This document shows positions 1-6,881 of a stretch of 64,000 bases of DNA, in pieces. Source of the stretch: Dehalococcoidales bacterium (GTDB taxonomy: Bacteria; Chloroflexota; Dehalococcoidia; Dehalococcoidales; UBA5627). A model generated the notes under the pieces. That model had not been told where the DNA came from, did no database searches, and was given only the letters and a program-made list of their open reading frames with translations. Location: assembly GCA_034429935.1 (NCBI GenBank), contig DAOUFJ010000030.1, positions 47,261 to 111,260 of the forward strand, in the 5' to 3' direction. The position numbers and the translations under genes were made by a program. Position 1 is the stretch's first letter, and the number at the start of each line of letters is the position of its first letter.

Positions 1-474
1 CTTATCCTTCAGGTATAACCAGAAAGCCAGCAGCATGAAGAACAGGCTGTAAACATCCAGCATGTCGATGCTGGATATCAGGAAGTTGAGATTCTCCAGT
101 GCCAGCAGGAAAGTCGCTAAAGTCGAGACCATCACGGAAAGCTTTAACTGTCGGCAAATCAGGAAGAGAAGTATCAGGTTGGCGATTCCGAAGAGGATGG
201 GGGGCAAGCGCCAGCCGATGGGATTGTCGCCGAACAGCTCGATTCCGCCGACGATTATCAGTTTGGAGAGGGGGGGGTGTTCGGGGCGGTCGGTGGTATG
301 CAGGTCGATAATGTTCTGGGCGTCCTTGATATAATAGGTCTCGTCGAAGATGTAGCCGTCGGAAGGCTGGGTAATGACGCTAAGGTGCATTACCAGCGAG
401 AACAGGACTATCAGAAACAGTCCGCAGTACTGCCAGTTGATGAACTTGAAAAATGCGAGTTTTATTTTTTCCAT
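1..474 (-). CDS. GT-C (PMT/ArnT-like, GT39-type) glycosyltransferase, N-terminal part; the gene runs off the left edge
   Basis: Own translation of the minus strand from ATG at 474: MEKIKLAFFKFINWQYCGLFLIVLF..GYIFDETYYIKDAQNIIDLHTTDRPEHPPLSKLIIVGG..GWRLPPILFG.. The DE..YY and HPPLxK motifs plus TM helices are typical of PMT_2/GT39. The frame is open to position 1 and overlaps the stop of the upstream GT2 gene by 13 nt. It is absent from the ORF track because it has no stop in the window. Confidence 0.75.
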   Translation of the reverse strand, partial: MEKIKLAFFKFINWQYCGLFLIVLFSLVMHLSVITQPSDGYIFDETYYIKDAQNIIDLHTTDRPEHPPLSKLIIVGGIELFGDNPIGWRLPPILFGIANLILLFLICRQLKLSVMVSTLATFLLALENLNFLISSIDMLDVYSLFFMLLAFWLYLKDK

Positions 475-1574
475 GTCAAGAAATTGTTTACAAGATAATT
501 CCAGAAGAAAGCCACGACAATACCAATCAGTACTGAAACAAGGTCATAAACACCGAAAGTAATGGCAAAAAGGTTGCTTATACCTATCTGTATCAGTGCT
601 CCGATGATGCATATCAGGTTGAAATTGACCAAACGTTTGAAAAACTCTCCGATTCCTTTGATGTTGCGGTCGGAGAAGGTGAAGAAATTGTTCAGAATAA
701 AGTTGGTGATGATGGCTGTCTCGATGCTTATAGTCAGGGCGATATTGCCTGAAAGAATACCGCTTGAAGTATCATCTATGGGAGTAAATCCAGCGAACCG
801 TGTCAATATTCCGTATAAACCGACATTTACGATAACGCCGCTGCCGCCGACGATGCAGAATTTAATAAACCTGGCAAGCTCGCCGGTGCGCTGCATCAGG
901 CTGTAGATATGCTTCAGGTAATCCATCTGCTGTTTTGCGTTCAGCTTGCTTTCGCCCCTTGTGCGTGTAACGAACATAAAGGGTACTTCCACCGCCGAAG
1001 CCCATTTCCCCAGCATCAGAATCTCCAGCAGTATCTTGAAGCCGGATGGATTCAATTTCGCTTCTTTTACCACATCCTTCTTTACTGCGAAGAAGCCGGA
1101 CATGGGGTCTTTTATTTTTCTGGTCGAAGGCAGGAACAGGTGTGACAGAAAGGCGGCGCCTTTCGACATAATCCGGCGCAGCAGGCTCCATCCCTCGCAG
1201 CCGCCCCCCTTGATATATCTCGAACCGATAGCAATATCGGCGCCGTTTTCAATAGCTTTAATAACCGAAGGGACCACCTCCGGCGGGTGCTGCAGGTCGG
1301 CATCCATTACGACGATAATATCGCCGGCAGCATACCCAAAACCATCCACCACTGCCGATGCCAGTCCTTTTTTGTCGTGCCTGACGACAATTTTGACAGG
1401 GTATTCGGCGGAAAGAGTTTTTACCAGTTCCTCCGTCCCGTCCGCGCTGTTATCGTCCATGATGACTATTTCGTATTTATAACCGGCAAGCGCAACCGCA
1501 AGCCTTTTTACCAGCGGCTCGATATTATCCTTTTCCTTATAGGTAGGTATGACCAGCGAAATGTTTTTACTCAT
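462..1574 (-). CDS. GT2 polyprenol-phosphate mannose/glucose synthase-like glycosyltransferase fused to a C-terminal GtrA-like membrane domain
   Basis: 370 aa. The N-terminus has the GT2 fold (LVIPTYKEKDNI, MDDNSADGT, VMDADLQHPP). The C-terminal ~120 aa contain 4 hydrophobic helices (FIKFCIVGGSGVIVNVGLY..FFWNYLVNNFLTW), as in GtrA. Confidence 0.85.
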   Translation of the reverse strand: MSKNISLVIPTYKEKDNIEPLVKRLAVALAGYKYEIVIMDDNSADGTEELVKTLSAEYPVKIVVRHDKKGLASAVVDGFGYAAGDIIVVMDADLQHPPEVVPSVIKAIENGADIAIGSRYIKGGGCEGWSLLRRIMSKGAAFLSHLFLPSTRKIKDPMSGFFAVKKDVVKEAKLNPSGFKILLEILMLGKWASAVEVPFMFVTRTRGESKLNAKQQMDYLKHIYSLMQRTGELARFIKFCIVGGSGVIVNVGLYGILTRFAGFTPIDDTSSGILSGNIALTISIETAIITNFILNNFFTFSDRNIKGIGEFFKRLVNFNLICIIGALIQIGISNLFAITFGVYDLVSVLIGIVVAFFWNYLVNNFLTWKK

Positions 1575-1741
1575 TTTAATAATAGTTTAATAATCGCACT
1601 CAGAAGATTTCGTCTATTCTATCATAAAGATGCGTATAAAAAAACCGATGCTATGCGGATATAAAAATTGGCCGCCGTTTTTCGGCTTGAAAAATTTTTA
1701 ATGTTGACCGGCTATCTGCTATCATATTATATAACGATATT

Positions 1742-2497
1742 TTGAAGCTGGAGATAGTATTTATGGAAGCAATGAGAACAGGTATATTGAATTTTTTACG
1801 GGAGCCGAAGCAATTGATTCTTCCCGACAGCCAGACACCGTATAGTTGCCCCGAAGAGCAATGCAGGGAAATACTGGATACCGTCATTCGTCTTTCGCAG
1901 GATGAATCCGTGAAAGAGCACTTCATCGGTTCCATAATGATACTGGAAAAAGGGCTTTTTTGTACCTATGAAATCCCCAAGCTGGTATTGATAGACGGGC
2001 ATCAGCGGCTGGTAACCGTCAATTTGCTTCTGGCGGCGCTGGCAAAAATTGCAGGCGATGACGGAAGCGGCGAAGTAACCAGTAAGTACATATATGACAA
2101 CTATTTTACCAACAATATATTGAACAGGGATGAAGACAGCGATGCACTTTATTACAAGCTGGTTCTTTCCTCGACCGACAACAAGGTTTATATGCGGCTT
2201 GTCGAGGGGAACGACCACCTGCCTCTTCCCTCTTCGCATCCGATGGTAAAAACATACAGGTTCTTCAAGGAGGCAATCGGTGAAAGCGGCATCTCTCCTG
2301 CCGATATCTACAAGGGAATCGGGAAGATTACCGTAGTGGACATCTCCACGGACAGGTGTTATGAGAACCCGCAGTATGTATTCGAAAACCTGATGGATTC
2401 CAAACTGACACTGGAACAATCCAAGCTGTTGCTCAAGTGGCTTTCCTGCCTGCTGGCGGTCACCTGTATCCCAGAGCAGATTCCGGTCAAGCGTTAG
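1742..2497 (+). CDS. DUF262 (ParB/Srx-fold, GmrSD N-domain-like) protein, short and with a degenerate N-terminal motif; possible gene remnant
   Basis: LIDGHQRLVTVNLLLAAL matches the DGQQR(L/I)T(T/S) core of DUF262. The usual IPxYQRxYxW motif reads LPDSQTPYSCP. There is no DUF1524/HNH half. The probable start is ATG 1763. Confidence 0.5.
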   Translation: MKLEIVFMEAMRTGILNFLREPKQLILPDSQTPYSCPEEQCREILDTVIRLSQDESVKEHFIGSIMILEKGLFCTYEIPKLVLIDGHQRLVTVNLLLAALAKIAGDDGSGEVTSKYIYDNYFTNNILNRDEDSDALYYKLVLSSTDNKVYMRLVEGNDHLPLPSSHPMVKTYRFFKEAIGESGISPADIYKGIGKITVVDISTDRCYENPQYVFENLMDSKLTLEQSKLLLKWLSCLLAVTCIPEQIPVKR

Positions 2498-2508
2498 GGC
2501 ATTATTTA

Positions 2509-2919
2509 TTATGCAATCTGCAAGCCCGGCTCCGGGGGGCCGAGGGCGAATATAGAATCTACCTTGATGATGCCGACAGCGGGGATGTCCATGTTTATCT
2601 GTTCTTTAACGCGTTTGGCGTAGCTGTCGTATATTTCTCCCGAAGTTTCGAACCCCTGAAAAGTTCCTTTTATCTGGTAGCCGACCGGCAGCATCTGGAT
2701 GCAGAATACGGTTACCACCGCTTTCCCTGTGGCTTTGAGGTTGTCATTGGTCTTGTATCCCCAGATATCGGCAAAAACGATTGTTTCCTGGTCTGTCGCA
2801 TATAAGGTTTCTTTGGGGACGGTATTCAAATTCCCTTCCGCATCGCAGGTAGTCAATACCTTGGGCAGAACGGGATTGGCGTTGAGCATTTCCATTACGT
2901 TCGGGGTCATTTTTGCCAT
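2509..2919 (-). CDS. pyridoxamine 5'-phosphate oxidase-like (FMN-binding split barrel) family protein
   Basis: 136 aa. The pattern LTTCDAEGNLNTVPKE...IVFADIWGYKTNDNLKATGKAVVTVF...GYQIKGTF is typical of small PNPOx-like proteins. Confidence 0.5.
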   Translation of the reverse strand: MAKMTPNVMEMLNANPVLPKVLTTCDAEGNLNTVPKETLYATDQETIVFADIWGYKTNDNLKATGKAVVTVFCIQMLPVGYQIKGTFQGFETSGEIYDSYAKRVKEQINMDIPAVGIIKVDSIFALGPPEPGLQIA

Positions 2920-3143
2920 TATCGGTCTCCTTGATTATCAATTCTTTTGAGCTTTGACAGAAATAGTATATATCAATATGAAATTTGATGCCATTCATAA
3001 TTAAAGAGAGAATATTCAACGTTTCACATCTATTGCCGAATATCGTTTTTGGGGGATTATCCGGGGATTCGATTCCATCCGGAACTACAGGAATTTTTTA
3101 CATTCTCATTGTCACTTCCGCCCTTAACATCTATACTATAATT

Positions 3144-5135
3144 ATGCCGCAGTTTAAAATCGTTTCCGATTTCGGTTTGACCGGCGACCAGCCGCAGGCG
3201 GTAAGCAAGCTGGTCGAAGGTCTCAATAATGGATATAAAGGGCAGACCCTGCTGGGTGTTACCGGCAGCGGCAAGACCTTTGCCATGGCAAACGTTATCG
3301 AACGCGTGCAGCGGCCGACGCTGGTCATCAGCCATAACAAGACGCTGGCGGCGCAGCTTTACTCCGAGTTCAAGGAGTTCTTCCCTGATAATGCCGTCGA
3401 GTACTTCGTCAGCTATTATGATTACTACCAGCCGGAAGCCTATATCCCGCGCACCGACACCTATATCGAGAAAGAAATCGATATCAACGAGGAAATCGAC
3501 AAGCTGCGCAATGCCGCCACCCGTTCGCTCTTCGAGCGGCGCGACGTGGTTATCGTCGCCTCGGTTTCCTGTATTTACGGTTTGGGTGAACCGGACGAAT
3601 ACCGCAGTTTCGTATTGAGCCTCGAAAAGGGGCAGGTATACCAGCGCAACGACGTCCTGCGTAAACTGGTGGATATGCAGTACGAGCGCAACGACATCGA
3701 TTTTTCAAGGGGAAAATTCCGCATCCGCGGCGATACGCTGGAAATCCAGCCGGCTTACGAGGATATCGCTTTGCGCATCGAGTTCTTCGGCGACGAGGTC
3801 GAGCGCATCATCAGAATCGACCCGCTCAGCGGCGAATTCTTAGCTGTTCTGGATAAAATCGACATCTACCCGGCAAAGCATTTTGTAACCTCCCATGAAA
3901 AGTTGGTACTGGCGATTGAAACTATCAAGCAGGAGCTTGCCGAAAGGCTGGAGGAGTTCAACAGGCAGGGGAAAGTGCTGGAAGCGGCAAGGCTGGAGCA
4001 GCGTACCAATTACGACCTCGAAATGCTGGCGGAAGCCGGCTACTGCAACGGGGTCGAGAACTACTCGCGCCACCTTTCGCAGCGCGCACCCGGCAGTTCG
4101 CCATACACTCTTTTGGATTATTTCCCGAAGGATTTCCTTCTCATCATAGACGAATCCCACATGACCGTTCCTCAAATACGCGGCATGTACAACGGCGACC
4201 GCTCGCGCAAGGAAACGCTGGTGGATTACGGGTTCAGGCTGCCTTCGGCGCTGGATAACCGTCCTCTGAACTTCGACGAGTTTCAGGGGCGCATCAACCA
4301 GGTCATTTTCACCTCGGCGACGCCTGCCGAATATGAACTTAAGAACAGTGCCCAGGTCGTCGAACAACTGGTACGTCCTACCGGGCTTTTAGAGCCGACT
4401 ATCGAAATCAAGCCTACGAACGGTCAAATCGACGATTTACTGGCCCAGATCAAGCTCAGGGTGTCCAGGAAAGAACGCTGCCTGGTGACCACGCTGACGA
4501 AAAGGCTGGCGGAAAAGCTGGCGGATTATCTTATCGAGATGGACATCAAGACCCAGTATCTCCACTCTGAAATCGAGACATTCGAACGCGTGGAAATACT
4601 GCGCGACCTGCGCCTCGGCGTCTACGATGTGGTGGTCGGCATCAATCTTTTACGCGAGGGTTTGGACCTGCCGGAGGTCAGCCTGGTTGCCATACTGGAT
4701 GCCGATAAAGAAGGCTTCCTGCGTTCCGAGGGGGCTCTCATCCAGACGATGGGCCGGGCTGCGCGCCATATCGACGGGCACGTTATCATGTATGCCGATA
4801 CGATTACAGGCTCCATGCAGCGGGCTATCGATGAAGTCCAGCGGCGCCGCCGCATACAGGAAGAGTATAATACCGAGCATGACATCACCCCGCAGGGCAT
4901 TAAAAAAGCCATCAAGGATATCACCGAGCGCGTCAGAGTAGAGGTTGCCGCCGAGCCTAAAATAGAGTATACTGCTATTCCTCAAACAAGAGAGGACATC
5001 ACCCGTCTCATAAAAGAACTTGAAAAACAGATGAAGGCCTTAGCCAAAAACATGGAGTTCGAGAAAGCCGCATTACTGCGCGACCGCATTGTTGAACTAC
5101 GGAGAGAACTTATTGTAAAGGAGTTGCCGGAATGA
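3144..5135 (+). CDS. uvrB: excinuclease ABC subunit B
   Basis: [20 protein letters not shown]...GVTGSGKTF (Walker A), a helicase motif set and the C-terminal UVR domain ([12 protein letters not shown]). The track ORF starts at 2985, but the conserved N-terminus begins at ATG 3144. Confidence 0.97.
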   Translation: MPQFKIVSDFGLTGDQPQAVSKLVEGLNNGYKGQTLLGVTGSGKTFAMANVIERVQRPTLVISHNKTLAAQLYSEFKEFFPDNAVEYFVSYYDYYQPEAYIPRTDTYIEKEIDINEEIDKLRNAATRSLFERRDVVIVASVSCIYGLGEPDEYRSFVLSLEKGQVYQRNDVLRKLVDMQYERNDIDFSRGKFRIRGDTLEIQPAYEDIALRIEFFGDEVERIIRIDPLSGEFLAVLDKIDIYPAKHFVTSHEKLVLAIETIKQELAERLEEFNRQGKVLEAARLEQRTNYDLEMLAEAGYCNGVENYSRHLSQRAPGSSPYTLLDYFPKDFLLIIDESHMTVPQIRGMYNGDRSRKETLVDYGFRLPSALDNRPLNFDEFQGRINQVIFTSATPAEYELKNSAQVVEQLVRPTGLLEPTIEIKPTNGQIDDLLAQIKLRVSRKERCLVTTLTKRLAEKLADYLIEMDIKTQYLHSEIETFERVEILRDLRLGVYDVVVGINLLREGLDLPEVSLVAILDADKEGFLRSEGALIQTMGRAARHIDGHVIMYADTITGSMQRAIDEVQRRRRIQEEYNTEHDITPQGIKKAIKDITERVRVEVAAEPKIEYTAIPQTREDITRLIKELEKQMKALAKNMEFEKAALLRDRIVELRRELIVKELPE

Positions 5136-5284
5136 ACAATGAAGAAATCGTAATCGAAACCAAGCAGGAACGCCGCGAGAAGAAACAGCAAAAAAAGAAA
5201 GAGCAGATGCAGAAGCACGGCAAGAGCACGGCAAGGATTTACATCGATTCTCTTTTCAAGAGGTTAGCCAGAAAGAAGAAGTAA
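5132..5284 (+). CDS. small lysine-rich ORF (50 aa) overlapping the uvrB stop (ATGA)
   Basis: Own translation: [50 protein letters not shown]. The ATG at 5132 overlaps the uvrB TGA at 5133-5135. It is below the 60-aa track cutoff. Confidence 0.3.
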   Translation: MNNEEIVIETKQERREKKQQKKKEQMQKHGKSTARIYIDSLFKRLARKKK

Positions 5285-5292
5285 GTTCTCTT

Positions 5293-5351
5293 TTGGTATA
5301 CTGTCATTGCGAGTTCCGATGTATCGGAACGAAGCAATCTTTCTCGAATAG
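5293..5351 (+). repeat. hairpin repeat module, type A (GTCATTGCGAG - variable hairpin - CGAAGCAATCT TTCTCGAATAG)
   Basis: ggtatactGTCATTGCGAGttccgatgtatcggaaCGAAGCAATCTttctcgaatag. The inner hairpin is TTCCGAT/ATCGGAA and the outer stem is ATTGC/GCAAT. Confidence 0.8.
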
Positions 5352-5424
5352 ACTACGACCTGTTCCTCTGCTGTATCAAAGAGGTTAATGGATTATTGTT
5401 GTTACGAGGATAAAGCAATCACTC

Positions 5425-5715
5425 ATGTTAGATAAACAGTACTATATCTATTTAATGACCAATGATAATAATACTGTCATCTATACAGGTGTGACCAATG
5501 ACCTTAAAAGAAGAGTTTATGAGCATAAGGAAAAGTTTGTAAAAGGCTTCACGAAAAGATATAACATCGATAAGTTGGTCTATTATGAGGTATGCGGAGA
5601 CGTGATAGCGGCTATTTCTCGTGAAAAGCAGATTAAGGCTGGTTCGAGAAGTAAAAAAATCTCGTTGATAGAAAGCATGAACGATGGTTGGCGAGACCTT
5701 TATAACGAGTTATAG
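5425..5715 (+). CDS. GIY-YIG nuclease family protein (small stand-alone URI domain)
   Basis: YYIYLMTNDNNTVIYTGVTNDLKRRVYEHK carries the GIY..YIG motifs and a conserved Arg/Glu. 96 aa. Confidence 0.85.
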   Translation: MLDKQYYIYLMTNDNNTVIYTGVTNDLKRRVYEHKEKFVKGFTKRYNIDKLVYYEVCGDVIAAISREKQIKAGSRSKKISLIESMNDGWRDLYNEL

Positions 5716-5868
5716 GTATATAATGTCATTGCGAGTCCATTCCCAAAGGGAAGGCGAAGCAATCTTTCTCGAATAGTGATAATGGTGGATATTAGTAATT
5801 TATTCGGTAGAGATTGCCGCGTCAGTCGTCCCAATTGAGTTGGGATTCCTTCCTCGCAATGACACTGT
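5714..5868. repeat. two type-A hairpin repeat modules (direct copy 5725-5776, inverted copy 5809-5863)
   Basis: 5725: GTCATTGCGAGtccattcccaaagggaaggCGAAGCAATCTttctcgaatag. 5809: agagattgccg..tcccaattgagttggga..ctcgcaatgac (reverse orientation). Confidence 0.8.
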
Positions 5869-5875
5869 TAAAGAA

Positions 5876-6244
5876 ATGTCCTTAAAAGAAAAAGCGAAAC
5901 AACTAAAAAACGAAACCTATGCTCTCTATCTGGCTTCGAAAGACAGGAGAGTACCGTGGTATGCCAAGGCATTCGTGGTTGTCATTGTCGCCTATGCCTT
6001 GAGCCCCATCGATTTAATCCCCGATTTCATCCCTGTACTCGGTTATCTGGACGACCTGATTCTTATTCCCGCCGGCATCTGGCTTGCCTTGAAGATGGTT
6101 CCTCGTGATGTTATGGATGATTGCCGCGAAAGAGCCACACAGGAGATGGGTAAGGGAAAAACGAACTGGCTCGGCGCAGCCATTATCGTTGTCATCTGGG
6201 CGATGATATTGGGGCTGGTTATCTGGGTGGTGTGGGGGGAGTAA
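5876..6244 (+). CDS. DUF1232 (YkvA-like) membrane protein
   Basis: LSPIDLIPDFIPVLGYLDDLILIP is the DUF1232 signature. The track start at 5840 lies inside a repeat module, so ATG 5876 is the likely start. Confidence 0.75.
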   Translation: MSLKEKAKQLKNETYALYLASKDRRVPWYAKAFVVVIVAYALSPIDLIPDFIPVLGYLDDLILIPAGIWLALKMVPRDVMDDCRERATQEMGKGKTNWLGAAIIVVIWAMILGLVIWVVWGE

Positions 6245-6660
6245 GATAGTATTGTCATGCTGAATTCGTGAGGGACGAATGAAGCATCCGGGGAGGCGGA
6301 ATAAAAACTCAAAAGCCGCTCATGGTGAGCCTGTCGAACCATAACGGCGGAGTATTGAACCAGATTTCCGTTAAAACCCTTCGACACGCTCAGGGCGAAC
6401 GGAAATCTAATTTTTCTTTGTCACTCTGAGCGAAGCGAAGAGTCTCTATGCCGTTCGATAACCCGTTAGATTCTTCGTCCAGATTTCATCAGGACTCAGA
6501 ATGACAAATAGCTATAAAGAAACCAAGTATCCCTCATCCGTCATTTACTTTGTAAATGCCATCCCGACCAGTCGGGACTTATAAAATGGCTTCCCTTGGG
6601 GGAAGCTGTTGAGCGTAGCGAGACTGATGAGGGGAAGTAATCCGGGTGGTGTGTGGAGGG
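6245..6660. repeat. mosaic of at least 8 short hairpin repeat modules (types E, B, C, D, F and minor hairpins)
   Basis: Modules seen:
- E: 6254-6288, GTCATGCTGAAttcgtgagggacgaaTGAAGCATC.
- B (inverted): 6315-6348, gccgctcatggtgagcctgtcgaaccataacggc.
- C: 6363-6407, stem gatttccgtt/aacggaaatc around cgctcagggcg.
- D: 6420-6446, GTCACTCTGAGcgaagCGAAGAGTCTC.
- D (inverted): 6468-6506.
- F: 6589-6609, ggcttcccttgggggaagctg.
The same modules recur elsewhere in the window. Confidence 0.8.
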
Positions 6661-6834
6661 CTAAGGAGCTTTTTGTTGAGTTATCTCTTCTTTAATTTCT
6701 TTTTTAGGTAATGATGACAAAACCTGTTTTAATGTTCGCCAACAAGTTGCAATTAGAACTAAAGCAATGCCCACCACTATTGCTGATGAGTTAAAGATTA
6801 TTGCAGTAAGTTGTTCAGAAGCTTCCCAGGTCAA
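6661..6834 (-). CDS. possible small membrane protein (57 aa, TTG start)
   Basis: Own translation: (M)TWEASEQLTAIIFNSSAIVVGIALVLIATCWRTLKQVLSSLPKKEIKEEITQQKAP. A GGAGGA lies 6 nt upstream of the TTG. It has one TM helix and lies downstream of ftsK. Confidence 0.3.
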   Translation of the reverse strand: MTWEASEQLTAIIFNSSAIVVGIALVLIATCWRTLKQVLSSLPKKEIKEEITQQKAP

Positions 6835-6881
6835 AACATTCCTCCATTAAATTTTAGAATGCAATCAACCTTATCTCTCCC

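Noticed and set aside
862-1482. Track ORFs antisense to or overlapping the GT2 gene (862-1191, 909-1145, 946-1482, 1112-1303, 1287-1664)
   Set aside because: They lie entirely inside or against a well-supported glycosyltransferase CDS. They show low-complexity, Arg/Pro-rich translations typical of shadow ORFs.
2985-3143. N-terminal 53-aa extension of the uvrB track ORF
   Set aside because: The extension is hydrophobic junk with no UvrB counterpart. The conserved N-terminus starts at ATG 3144.
2950-3143. Looked for a GAAC-N4-GTTC LexA box upstream of uvrB
   Set aside because: No match was found by eye. Only unrelated A/T-rich sequence is present.
6043-6387. ORFs containing ..MVRQAHHERL.. / ..MIRQAHHERL.. 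(6043-6387, 62889-63071) and other ORFs across repeat clusters (12289-12627, 12485-12670)
   Set aside because: They are translations of the hairpin repeat modules. The same peptide arises wherever the module occurs, in intergenic positions and in both orientations.
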